DNA from: Folioceros fuciformis
Taxonomy: Eukaryota
Direction of reading: 5' to 3'
NCBI GenBank assembly: GCA_049999805.1
Contig: JBNGIO010005405.1
Location: 1 to 64,000, forward strand
Length of the DNA: 64,000 bases
A model generated the notes under the pieces. The model saw nothing but the letters and a program-made list of their open reading frames with translations, did no database searches and was not told the origin of the DNA. Positions 51,304 through 64,000 of this stretch are shown here, piece by piece. The translations under genes were made by a program, and so were the position numbers. Position 1 is the stretch's first letter. Every line of letters starts with the position of its first letter.

Positions 51304-54108
51304 CATGTACATACTCAGGGGGAAGGAAATCCGGGGCAGGAAGAAGGACAAGGCCTGGAAGCCGGCACCCGAGGGGAGCAGGCGGAGGAGCAACCGGGCA
51401 AGCACGTCCTGAGGATGCAGCAGTTAAGGACCCACAACTCTAGAAGGCGCTGGGATCTGCGCTACGAGACGCAAGGGAGGCGGCGCACGGGCGAGAGGGC
51501 AACAGCGTCGCGAGCGAGGCAGCTTCAGGGAGTCGGCTCGACTGATGGACGCCCGCCCGGCGGGAGCCTCAAAGCAAGCAGGCACGCAAGCAAGAAAGGT
51601 GAGGACGAAATCCCAGGAGCGGCAGCCGGCTCTATACGTGCCTCGCGCCCCCTGTACGCCGCACTGTTTCTCGGGCCAGCGCTAGGCCTGTCGCTGGGCC
51701 ATAGGCCGTAGAGGACGGGTGAGGCGCGGCCAGGCTATAGGCTCTGCCCGAGGGCGCTGGTCCCAAGGCGGACTGCGGGCGGTGCTAGGCCGGTGGGACG
51801 CCGATCAGGCTAAAGCAGACGTCGTCTAAAATAAGCGTCGCCTTTAACGCCGGGAAAAAGAGGTGTGTGCTCGGCACGGCCCCGCCGGATTCCTTTGTTC
51901 TTTTGTGCAGCGGAGGAATCTTATGCCGGTTTGCGCTGGCAATGGCTGCCGCATGCTCACCGTCTGGTAGGCTGGTCACTGGTGCTGGCCGTGGCTGCCC
52001 GCTGCTGCGAGTCTTGGAGTTCTAGATTCTGAATCCTGCAGTATGTGTGGTGAGCGCAAGAACCTGGAGCTGGGATGAGTAGTTTTGCTGCTCTAGCGTG
52101 TCCTCCACATTTTGCTTCTCTCTCTATTTACTTAGTCGCGTCGCGCAGCGCAGCCTCGAGTCTGGAGTCTAGTGCTGCGATTTGCACAGTTGTTGTAAAA
52201 CTTGTGAACAAGGTTTACAGGCCCGGGTGTGATGGAATCTCTTGCTGGCTGGCTAGCCTATATCAGCCCGGTATCGTCACGTGATGGAAGCGAGCTGAGC
52301 TGAATATGCAAATGACTGTGCAGTGATTTTGTTTAACGCATGCGTCGGAGTTAGACGCAAGTAGGTCTTGATTTTGCACCTGGGACGTGGAGAACCGGGG
52401 GAGAGACCTGCATCGATTCTTTGGTGTGATCGAGGATCGGAAAGATATGTTTGATGTCGGATTCTTGATTTCTTCCGACTGCCGGCTCCTTTCGTTCACT
52501 TGCTGGAGGATGACTTAGATCAGCCAAAACCTAGCTTGAGGCGTTTGGCATGCTTGTCGATGTATTTAACATGGTGTGTACTCTTCATCACGTTGCGCCA
52601 TCACGTTACTCCCCGCGAGCGGAAGCGGGAGCAGGTTTAGGTCGCAGCAAGCAGGAGGGGGGGCGTGGGAGCCACGAATGAGACCCTGGTTGGCGCCATG
52701 GGGCTGGCTAGAGCAAGTGGCAAACTTCAAGGAGGCCATTGATGCAGGCAAGCACACTTGCCTCGTAATTGGCGCAGATGCTTCTACTGTGTCCTTGTGG
52801 TTTAATGTGTGCACCAGCACAGCCTATTGCGGACGTGAGGTCGATGAAGAGGGGTGCTCCCGGCCTGCTTCTCTGTCTGCAGCAGGGACAAGGGTGTTGT
52901 CCCAGCTCTGTGCCACTGTTGGACGCGAGGAGGCCCTTTGGGCAACGCAATGGAGCAACGGGAATGGTTCTTGCCCGGAATAGCGTCCAGGAATCTAGCG
53001 CCTTGAGGGAGAAAGGGCGGGCCGCGACGGTCGTCACACGCTTCCAGCCAATGGCATCGCTTTGTCAGGCGGGGCCACCGGTGGTAGGGCCGTCGCACGG
53101 TGCCGAGAGGCCCCAAGAGATTCCAGTGGTGCCCCGCTATTTTAGCTGCCAACAGGCTCGAGGAAAACTGCAACTGGGGCATGACCAGTGATGGTTGGAA
53201 ATCCGGAGAGCTGGTCGCTTGGTCACACATGCAATAGGTTTTACATGGCTGAAATATCGGACGGCAAGCTAAACTATACTAAATCCGCCTTTTCCATGTC
53301 CAGCTTGTCTGTTGACAGCTTGCCACCGCCCCGTCCCTGCCCTTCCCCTCGAATTGGGAGCTCGGACTTCATGCTGGATTCTAGTGGACAATGAGAGAAG
53401 GCTGGTCACATTCAACCTTGCAGCGAGATGCCGCTCCCCGTCCGACACATGGAAAATAGCATTTCCGCCAACAGTACTGTATCAGAGTGATACTGCGGCA
53501 CTGCAGGGTTTCGCAGGACACATCCGAAGTTCTACTTGCAAACCCAGCATATGTGTATGTCCCAGTTCGACATTTGTCAATCGTGTTCTGGAAAACTACG
53601 GAATGGCTGATACAATGTCCCTTTCGTGCACTCACCGTTCAGCATTCACATCACTCCTGTAGGTCTCCTTGTAATCTCATGATCATGTATAATGGACGTC
53701 TCTCTCCTGCAATCCAAGCCAACTTTACTTCCCGCCAGGCTTGTTGTACTGTGTAAGAGCCCAACGACGTGCACGTCACAAAAATTACGTCTAGACTCTA
53801 GAGTCTGGACATATTACTGCTGTATGTCTTGTCATTCTAGTTCTGGAGTTACAACAGGACTTGAAGCCCAGCTGACAGCCAGGGGTGAGAGGTGGCGCGT
53901 GGGGCCGGACTTCTGCAGCGCGCCGTACTCATTCGGGTACTTGCCTTTTGCATACCAGCCTAGTGCACATGGAGACGGACTGCTGGCTCTATTACAAGGT
54001 GTTGACTTAGCAGCGCTGAGCCACTTAGGCAGGAGGAAGCGATGTCGAAGATCCTCCAACTCTGCCTCCGAATGCTTGAGACAGTCTCTGTTGGGCACTT
54101 CGATGCTG

Positions 54109-57100
54109 TTAGTCTCGGAGCCTTGATTCGTTTCCATGCTTGGGAGGCAGAAAGCATCACTTTGTTTCTACAAAACAAAGTGGTCGATACTGGGAAAGCA
54201 AAGCTGGGCTGGGGTACCTGACTGCGCATGAAGGAGGATCTTTCAACCACCTCACGCTTTTGAAGATCCAGCTCCCTTGTGGTCATCTTCAGGTGCTGTC
54301 TAGATCTGGCGAGCTGAGACCTGAGCAGCACCAAACTGACAACTAATATTGCCAGGATTCCTATCAGGATGCCTGGATTCCCAATCCACTCAAGCACGAT
54401 CCACACAATACTGGGTGCTCTCTGCAACACAATACCGCCCGCAATGAGAACGTGGCAGCCAATCTGGCAATGACGGATAGAGTTTGTTTGGCCCAACCTG
54501 AATGTATGTTGATAACACCGAATACATAGTTCTCTCATCGCGCACAGGACCACAAAAGCTTGTAGTGCTTTGCACCAAAAGAAGAGACACTGGGACACTG
54601 CACAAAATTAAGGTGAGACATAGCAAGCCATAGGTGACGTTGGATGTTCGAGACGCACTATATCGCTTCTCCAGGGCAGAACATGTTTTTGTGAGGGATA
54701 GCTGTGGACATCAGCACGAGCCAAGGGTCAAGTTCTGGCTATCTTCTTCACGAACCAGGAACCAGGAGTCTGCTTTTACCTTCATGCAGTAGAAGGTGAC
54801 GAGGTTGACTATCACTGCCAAAGGTGCTGCGGCAGGAGCAAAACAGGAGCCGATCCAGATGAGGGCTTCAAGGTACAGAACGTCAAGAGCCATGTTCTCT
54901 ACTGACATTTGCCTCTTAGACTGTCACAACAGACCTAGTCAGCTCTGCAGCAGAGATTTGCAACTACAACATGCATCATCAAAGCCAAAGAGCGAACCTT
55001 GAACACCCATAGAGTAATGAATCCTGTGAGAAGCTCCAGGCCATTGTTGATAAGGGTCGTGGTAATGATAAGCCTGATGAGCTGTGCCCCAACTGTGTTT
55101 TCCACACAGGTCGGTACGCACCTCAAGTACTGCAAATCCAGAAAGGGTCTCAGAAGCTCCTTTCAGCATACCGTCATCGAGCTTGCATGTCAAGTGACAG
55201 TTCGCTCTGTTCAATGCAAGATGGCTGCAATCGATGTACCTGGTCCACAGTGCAAACACCCCACGTTCCAAGGTTCACATTTGTGCAGCAGATGTATCCA
55301 TCACCACACGAGGACGTTGATACAGAGCAATCTGCATATTCACGTTCACCGTGACGTTCACGTCGAGCACCGTTGAGCATCATAAAGAGCCTGAATTGAG
55401 AGCATCGAATGGTCACAGTTTCGTTGAATCTTTCGGACAAACAAGGTTGCTTTCGACATTCAAACTGATTCAGAAAATGGCAAACCTTGTGATAAGAGTA
55501 GAGAGGTTGACTGCTCTCAACAAGTAGAGCTTCACCAGGAGAACCCGATCGTGCAAAGCTGGATTCCAGTTCTCTATTGCCACAATAAGACGAGTGATCA
55601 TAGGTCCTACTACATTCAAGGCCGCTAAAAGTAGAGGTTGTCCAAATCCCGTCCCTGAGGAGAAGTACTATTGTCATGCCATTGCAGACCCCAAACGTGA
55701 AAACTCTTATGTGACGGTGCTCAAAACAATGCATAAGTTGCATCTATTTCACACAACTAGCCATTCTGAAACACTGGAGAGGGAAGGTCCAAAATGCAAA
55801 ACCAATTTTCTTGTTGATTTTGCCAGCATATTTCACCAGGAAAACTATAGCCACCACACTAGCACCCAGGGACAGTGGCCACAAGACAAAGGCTGCAAAA
55901 TAGCCCTGCCATCAACATGGGAATTTAAGCATGCATAATGCAAAACAAGATGCTCGAAGGGTTACGATTCACGGGCAGCAGCTTTCGAATTTAAACGAGG
56001 CAGACTGAAGGTGGCAAACTTACAAGACGGTCCCTCCATGTGACTCCAGTTGTCGCAGCTTTGCTTGAAATATCTGCTATCAGCTCCTGCAGTTCTGTCC
56101 GAATGCTCCGCCTCAGCTTTGCTGCTGCCTGTCATCCCATTTAGCAGTTGAATCCATCTGAGTTTGTGAAAAATGACGTCCCTGCAAGGAGGATCAAAGG
56201 AACTCCATCGAAGAATCAGCTGCAAAAGGCTCAGCTCTCACATCATGAGAAGTCACGTGGAAGTCCCAAGACGTAAACACCAGGGCTGAACAAGGAAACA
56301 CACTACTCTTATATGGCATCGCAACATCACCACTGCCCATTATCCTTGATGCTATCCTGCAAGCGTATGCAGCAAAGGGGAAACATGCCACCATGAGAGC
56401 CAGGCCTGCAGGTTATTTCCGAAGTCAAACGAGCGGCTGAACTGACAGCCGTCCAGACTGTGCCTGCAATCCCATGAAAGCAGCGGGCAAAATATATGAA
56501 AGCATGGAGTATCAAGAGGTTCACCTAACAAGTAGAGCGATCAAGCTGACAAGGAACATAATGGCGATTGCAGTAGGATATGCCCAATCCACACGATATG
56601 CACCAGGCTGATCAGCTCGGCTGTAGAAGTAACCTCCGAAATACACCCACGTCCTCTCTAAAGCATCACCCTTCACCATACCTTCGAGTGAGTTATCATA
56701 AGTAACACTGACATAATGCAAGTATAGATGTGATTCTGGTGAACGTATAACAGGCCAGAGGACCCCCGATTGGAGCTTCACATGTGAATACTTGAGATGC
56801 AGACCCTACAATCTAGGAACCAAATGCCTCGGAGAAATCATTTCAGGGTGGTGGAAAAACATGTCCATCCCAGTATAGCGCGGAAATTGATCTGTGATAA
56901 AGCAATATCCCAATGCTATGCAGGCCCGCTTCGACAAGTTGGATAGCTAGTGGGACACTTTGACCATCAAACAAACTGTGCAAGGTTCAGCAAAAGAAAA
57001 CGGCTGACGCAAGTGCAATCAACCTGTACAACTGCCTTGAAACCCGGCTTCGTGAACAACTTCCATGAGTAACCGGGCGGAGGCTTGACCCAGAAAGGGA

Positions 57101-58628
57101 TTATCAACATTCCAACCCATATTGCAGCGATCATCACGTTTAGAAAGAGCACCCATCGTAGGAAAGCAAACGCCAGCATCACGGCTGACCCAAAGGCTCC
57201 TTCGATTGCTTTGAGAGATTCCAACCAGGGGCTCCAATGAAATTTCCATCTTTTGGTCTGGAGATGCAGTGTGTCAGGGAAAACACTAGTAAATGAACGG
57301 AGCAAAGGGGATAAATCGTCACAGTTCGATGGGGATGAACACACCCCCTGAGCAGCTTTCTTAAGTCGTCGCTTGTATGCCCAGCGCTGGAAGCAGGAGC
57401 ATCTGCCGAAGGTGGACGCTTTGGGATGGCCATCCTTTTCAATCAATTCGATTCTTTCTTTAGCCCTTTTCACAGTATCTGAGACCTGCCCACGTACAGG
57501 AATGCATTGTTAGCCCCAAATCGACATCATCGTAGGCCTCCACCCTGTCAATTTCACAACATCAAGGACCACCAAACTTATGGGTGAAAAGACCTCTACC
57601 CCATAATGTTCCAGTCTAAGGAGTGAGCTGCAGCAGTCAGAAGTAAAAACGCTTAAAAATTTGCCATTAATTTTTGTTCGAAAAGGAAGCTGTAGCAGTC
57701 AGGAAGATTGGATTTGAACCATTTTCCGATGCATGTCCTGCTCGGCAGCATCCATGTTCTCCTGTTCGACATTTCGTTGCGATCCTTCTCTGAAAGGAGC
57801 TTCTGCGCTCCCTCCTTTCCCGAATCCCTTTTGGTGCACAACCGAAGTCTTCTTGGATGACGATGAGATGGTATCTCTACTAAACCTGCTTGCAGGTAGA
57901 CGACTGTCAGGGTTCCCGGCTGGAATATCTGCTGCCCCACCCTGGCTGCTGGGGGAGACCTCAGGAGGCTGATCAATCACAATGGCTGTTTCAGCAGCCG
58001 CTTCTGACACGGCATACTGCGCAGAATTTGGGAGGGAAATCGGCGATGCTGAAGGACCTGTTAAGAGTGAAGGGGCCAGGCTAACATGAGAGCCAGCTGG
58101 CATTCCTTCAGGACTGTCGAGCAAAGCATCTTGTGCACTTCCAGCAGCACCTGTGGCAGGCATCTCCTCCCTGTTGCCAACATGCATGATCCTTTCTCGG
58201 ATTGGTTGCTCAGATTGTGAGGAGAGGCCAGTCATGGAATTCTTGCGATACCGCGGCCTTGGAGACTTGGAGTCATCTGGATACCCCAAAGGTGCTATCC
58301 TGAAATCGTGGGCTGATGGTGCAGACTCACGCACCTCCGGACGAGGAGGAATGAACTGAGACCTAAACTGGCTCTGCTCAGCACGAGTAGAATCCAACTC
58401 AAGAAAGGTTGCTGGATGGGAGGATAGAACACTACGACGAGGTGGACTGGCATCATGAGAGAAAATGGACATAGGCTCGATCGTGTCCGCCTTCGGTACC
58501 ACTGCAGGGTCCAAGGGTGGAAGCTTGCCTCTAGGTTGAGCCATGTTCTCAGGCTTGATATCCTGTGCGCGTAAGGGGACCCATTTCTGAGGGTGGAATA
58601 TCCTCTTGCCTCCAGATGACGAGGCCAT
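54109..58628 (-). CDS. Transmembrane channel-like (TMC family) protein, multi-exon
   Basis: Collinear TMC motifs: W...LKAIEGAFGSAVMLAFAFLRWVLFLN; YFGGY; YPTA; VFTSWDF; IRTELQELI; IENWNP; CVENTVGAQLIRL; SVENMALDVLYLEALIWIGSCFAP...VTFY; FCGP. Long disordered N-terminal exon. Start and last exon are uncertain. Confidence 0.85.
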
Positions 58629-59313
58629 GAAGGTCAGATTGGCGAGCCAGGCAGACACGGCTCGTCTACATCAAGGCAGCTGGGAAAGAGAGGCAGAAAG
58701 AGATGAAATCTTCGCTGTCCATGCCGTTTCTTTACCAAAAGGCCCTGCCAGCAATTGATGCATTGTGTCCAGGCATGGTGCCTAACACAAGAGGAGACCA
58801 ATTGCACGCATATGCATTGAAACAATCGCCACCAGAGCTTCCATCACCTAGCTCGCACCCACAAACCCTACAAAATAGCAGCTGCCATCCAGAACAAACT
58901 GGGACATGCTCCCAATTCACCTGTGGCCCAGTACAAGGAACCAGCAGATGCAGTGGGCAAAACACACAAAGAAGCAGCCATGGGCAGAATTATCGTATGC
59001 ACAGGGAGGCGAACTACACCGCAGCAACTTTATCGCCTCGATCACCAGACTCCATCATGCTCATTAATCGCCCCCACATTTTTTCTTCAATCTGAAGTCG
59101 CCACACCTGACAGTTGGCTTTTGTCTCTCCAGTTTCATGTGACAATTGCTACAACCGTTTTGCCCGGTAAAAGCCATTTTCGCCTAGTATTCATAAGACC
59201 TGTGCTGGAAATGACACGCATCATCCCTCTCTGTTCATCCTGGTTTGGCGACACCAGCGGAACCTTCACAATGACACCGTGGAGTTGAACCCTACGAATG
59301 CCTACTCAGGATT

Positions 59314-62300
59314 TCATGTGCAGCCCGTTAAACCAGAAGCGAGCTCCTGCAATTTTGCATATAGCTCCTTCCTCTCTGGGTGGTTGTGGTCTTCCACCAA
59401 AAAGGAGTGAACCTGATTGTTCAGCTCAATCCAGGTCCTCCCAGGTGTTTTTTTCACTTTGGCAGCTACCATCCTCCTCCTCAGTTCTGCCTCCTCTTCC
59501 CACATGCCTGCTGCTATGTACATTTCTGACAACAGCACGTAAGCAGCTGCATTTGCAGGTTCGAGCTTCACAATATTCTCAAAGCATTGTCTCCCCAAGT
59601 CCGTGTTGCCCTGAGTTTTGCATGCTCCAAGCAGGGACATCCACAGTGTGACATCAGGCTGCACAGGCAATTCATACAACAACGCCTCCGCCTCAGACAA
59701 GTGGCCAGCACGGCCTAGAAGGTCAACCAAGCACGTGTAGTGCTTAATGTCTGGACTTATCCCAAATCTTTGGGACATTGTTTTGAACACACCGTGGCCC
59801 TCAGTCCACAAGCCAGCATGACTGCAGGCAGATAGAATGCAGGCGATGGTGACATCATTTGGCTTCAAGCCTTCTTGTTGCATCCGCTCAAACAACACAA
59901 GCGCCTCCTGAGCACGCCCATGCTGAGCAAGTCCTGCTATCATCACAGTCCAAGAGACGACATCTTTCTGTGATAAGCTGTCAAACACAAGAACTGCTTC
60001 CTCTAGGCTGCCACATTTGGCATACATGTCAATAAGGGTGTTTCCGATGACTCCATCCAGCTTCAGCATACATTTCTTCAGCTCTGAGTGAAATTGTCTG
60101 CCCTGATTGAGAGCAGCTACGCTGCCACATGCCTTCAGGATGCTCAGAAAAGCTATCTCGTTTGGCTGGACACCCTCGGATTGCATTTGCTGAAATAATT
60201 GAAAGGCTCTACTCCCATGTCCGCGCTGAGCATATCCAGCGACCAGTGTCGTCCAAAGCACCAGATCCCGATGTGGCAGCTGGTCAAACACTCTCTGAGC
60301 ATCATCCAGGCTTCCATATTTTGCATACATGTCAACAAGCACGCTCCCAACAGCAAGGTCCGACTTGTACTCAGTCTTGGCAAGCAGGCTATGAACCTCC
60401 TTCCCCTGATTCAACGCTCCTGAGTTGCTGCAGGCTTTGAGAACGTTTATAAATGTCACCTTATTGGGACGTACACCAGACTCTAGCATGTGGTGAAACC
60501 ACTGCAGGGATTCAAAACCTCGTCCATGTTGGTTGTACCCCCCAATCAAAGAAGTCCATGATACTACGTCTTTGTTAGGCATACTTAAAAAGACTTTGAG
60601 TGCTTCCTCCAAACTCCCGCATTTGAAATACATGTCAACCAGCGCATTTCCTACGACGTTATCCAGTTGGTAGCCCTTCCTGCTTAGCTGGGTGTGGACC
60701 TGCTTTCCCTCATCTAAGACCCCCAGGGTGGCACAAGCTTTGATGATACTCACAAATGTGACCTTATTAGGCTCCAGTCCCTTTTCTTGCATTTCTCTGA
60801 ACATTCTGAGACTCTCCCAACCCTGCCCGTGCTGGGCGTAACCTGCAATCATTGTGGTCCATGAAACGACAGATTTTTTCTGCATCTTGTCAAAAGTTTC
60901 TCTCGCTTCAATCAAGCTTTCACACTTGGCATACATATTAACAAGACTGTTTGCGACTACAACGTCAGTGTCTAGCCCAGCTTGTATGATGTGTCTGTGG
61001 ATCACCCTACCCTCTGCCAGAGCTGCTGTGCCTGTGCAAGCTCTAAGGACAGCCGCATAAACATTTGAATTTGGCCTAAAGTCTGAAAGTCGCATATCCA
61101 TATACAATTGTATAGCCTTCTTGCCTTCACCGTGGTAGACATGTGCTGCGATGATTGCCAGCCAAGTGTATGCATCTCGCTCTTCCATCCTACAGAATGT
61201 GACATTTGCCTCTGAAAGACTTCCACATCTAGAAAAAAGGTGGATCAGCTTATTTCCCGCTTGAACACCAAAACCGTTATCCAATTCCAGCAATAATGAA
61301 CGTATCCGCCTACCATTGAGCATATCTCTCTGTTGTACGCACATGTTTAACAGATGATGTAAGCTCTCTGTGGACAGTCCGCGGCCCTGAACTTTTGACA
61401 TGATAGCTGCATCAAGTGCACTACTTAGGCTTTCCTTCTCACTTTTTCTCCTAACAACATCGTCCATGCTCACATCACCGAGCACCCTGCATACAAGAGG
61501 ACTAAGGAATTAGCAATCAGTAAGAGAGCCTCTTCGCACATTGACTTGCCATTCAGGTCGTTTAAACCAGTGCTACATGTCTCAACTAGAAACCTACCCT
61601 AGGCTGTTTTGCATTTGGCTCATCAATAAATCCAGCTTTTCGTAGATTTGCTTTCTTTGTGGGTGATCTACATCGTTGACTGAAAAGACGTGCACTTCAT
61701 CTCTAACCTCAATCCAAGTTTTGCCAGGTACTTTCCTCACTCCTGCACTCCTCAACTTCTTTCTCACCTCTGCTTCATCTTCCCACCTGCCAACTGCAGC
61801 ATAGAGGTTCGACATCAGGACATATGCAGCCAGGTTTGAAGGCTCTAACTTCACTAAACATTCAAAAGCATGCCTCCCTAGCTCCAAGTTTCCGTACTTT
61901 TGACATGCGCCAAGTAGAGATGTCCAGACTACGGCCTCAGGTTCCATCGGCATTCTTTCAATGAGCTCTTTCGCTTCATTGATCTGGCCAGCACGTCCTA
62001 AAAGGTCAACCATGCAGGCATAATGGCGCATTCCTGGAACGATCCCAAATTTGTCGGACATTGAGCAGAACAGGCGATAACCCTCATCTAACAGCCCAGC
62101 ATGGCTGCAGGCGGAAAGAACACAAACCAGAGTGACATCATCCGGCTTCAGTCCCTCTCTTAACATTTGCTGGAAGAGTTGAATGGCCTTTCGACCATTC
62201 CCATGCTGAGCATACCATCCAATGGCCGAAGTCCAGGACACTAGATCCTTGTCTGGCATTTTGGCAAAAACGTTCCAAGCATCATCTGGGCTGCCACATT

Positions 62301-64000
62301 TGGCATACATATCAAGAAGCGTGCTCCTGACAACTGCATCAGATTCAAGCCCTCTTGCCTCAAGTAAGGCATGAACCCTCTTCCCCAAGTTCAGTGCCCC
62401 AACCGTGCCACAAGCTTTCAAAAGGTTCAGGAAGGTCACTTTGTCAGGCTGCAGACCCTCTTCTTCCATTCTTACGAAGAGTTTAATAGCATCTTGGCCA
62501 TGCCCAGAACTCCCATAACCTCCTATCATGGTAGTCCAAGACACCACGTCCCTGTTTTCCAGCCTGTCAAAGACCTGACCTGCCTCTTTCAGGGCGCCAC
62601 ATTTCAGATACATGTCAAGGAGGGCATTTCCTACAACAATTTCACCATTTACTCCCTTTTCCACTATCAGAGAATGAAACTGCTTGCCCTTTTCTAGATC
62701 TTGTGCCGCAGCACAAGCGTTCAAGAGGCCCACGAATGTGATACTGTCTGGTTCAAAACCATGCTCCTGCATCTGACAAAACATTTGCAAGGCTTCGCGA
62801 CCACGACCATGGTGAGCAAAGCCTGCAATCATAGCATTCCAGGTAACCAGATTTTTTTCCCGGACATTGTCAAACACTCTACGTGCCTCTTCTAGGCTCC
62901 CACATTTGATGTACATATCAATGACCGAGTTCATCACGAAAACAGTCATCTCAGACGGCGTCTGTTTGATGTGGTTGTGAATCATTCTACCCTCTGTCAA
63001 AGCTCCTACGCATGCACATGCCTTGAGAGCTGCAGCATAAACATAGGCATTAGGTTTAAGGTTGGACTGTCTCATCTCCAGGTACAACTTGATGCCTTCA
63101 TCGCTCTGCCCATGATTGATATGTGTGAAAATCATGGCCTGCCAGGAGTATGTATCTGGTTCACGGACAGCACGGAATGCTTGATTCGCATCCGCCAAGC
63201 AGTTGCATGAGTCAAACATTCGAATGATGTTTCTGTTCAGAAAACTTGAGTTGAGACCCCTTCGCGTGACAAGGGCATGCAACAACCTTCCAACTTCCAG
63301 GTCCTTTCTCTGTATGCACCCTTGCACGATGCTACACAGTACGTGTGTTGGAATCTCAGCACCTTGCTGGTCTATCCACTGGAGAGCACAACATGCCTCT
63401 TTTAGCCGCCCCTCTATACACAGCCTACCAACAACTTCAATATGCCCAGTCAATCTGCGTTCTTTCCCAGACCTGTGAAACATGGAAGCTCAGAGTTGAC
63501 AATGCACTTACAATACAGTCAATGGACATATCATATTTCCACAGTACCCGTTTAGAACATATACCTGGCTGGATCTATTGAGAGGCTGACGCCGGGCTTC
63601 ACTAAGAATTGAGCCCTTTCTTTTAGACCTGATGTCTTTTTCAAAGCCGCTAACCTCGGCTTCACCCAGGAGGGATTCCACCAGCTGTCCGTCCATAAAG
63701 TGTCCTTCGTCACACTATGAACAAAATCTGGGTAGCTCACATCTGTCTGCAACAAACAGCAGAAAATTCAGACCATGAGGGGAAGAGATGACCACTTCGC
63801 GTAATAGGAACCTTAGATAATTGCAGACCTTTCTCCACCTGTGGTCCCACCACAGCGAAGGATTGGTGAAAAAATTTCTCCACAGATCCTCTGTTGCAAT
63901 CGACTGAGCTGCAGGCCATGACTCACGGCTTGTATCCGCTCTGACGTGGGCTGCGGTGCTGACAGTGAAACACGACCAAACCAATGGAGTAATGCCAAGT
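59314..64000 (-). CDS. PDF-motif + tandem double PLS-E+ PPR protein (exons >64000-63829, 63746-63565, 63472-61598, 61486-59314); 5' end outside the window
   Basis: Three GT-AG introns (82, 92, 111 nt) all keep frame. They join LWRNFFTNPSLWWDHRWRK|TDVSYPDFVHSVTKDTLW...PSWV to the 629-aa and then the 723-aa PPR ORF, each ending E1-E2-PG box. The PPR calls are certain; the fusion is inferred from splice signals. Confidence 0.8.

Noticed and set aside
52500-52530. miR169-like words (GGATGACTT, CAGCCAA)
   Set aside because: Wrong order and only partial matches; no hairpin partner seen.

Overview
Gene-dense eukaryotic nuclear DNA from a non-seed land plant. Short ~80-110 nt GT-AG introns, a centrin, a TMC channel and PLS-class PPR genes suggest a bryophyte, plausibly a hornwort (inference). 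Genes in order: tRNA-Trp, DHRS7-like SDR, centrin, ENH1-like PDZ/rubredoxin, catalase, an unknown ~1,086-aa N-acylated disordered protein, PAA1/HMA6 Cu-ATPase, 13-type lipoxygenase, ISD11/LYRM4 (with an in-frame TAA), EG45-like secreted protein, a PLS-E+ PPR, RPT5, a WRKY19-like Cys/His zinc-finger protein, a TMC-family channel, and a large PPR gene running off the right end. Most striking: (1) the right-end gene splices in frame into an OSB-type PDF ssDNA-binding motif followed by TWO complete PLS-E1-E2-PG-box editing-factor modules, with the first module's stop codon lying inside the splice donor; (2) a TMC mechanosensitive-channel homologue; (3) a three-level transposon nest (RLE/CRE-like LINE <- Copia with 127-bp LTRs <- 1,043-bp solo LTR), plus a second CRE-like copy at ~1.3-2.0 kb; (4) a PAA1 intron arranged to yield a PCH1-type copper chaperone. 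All gene models and homologies were derived by eye from the sequence and remembered family motifs; no database searches were run.
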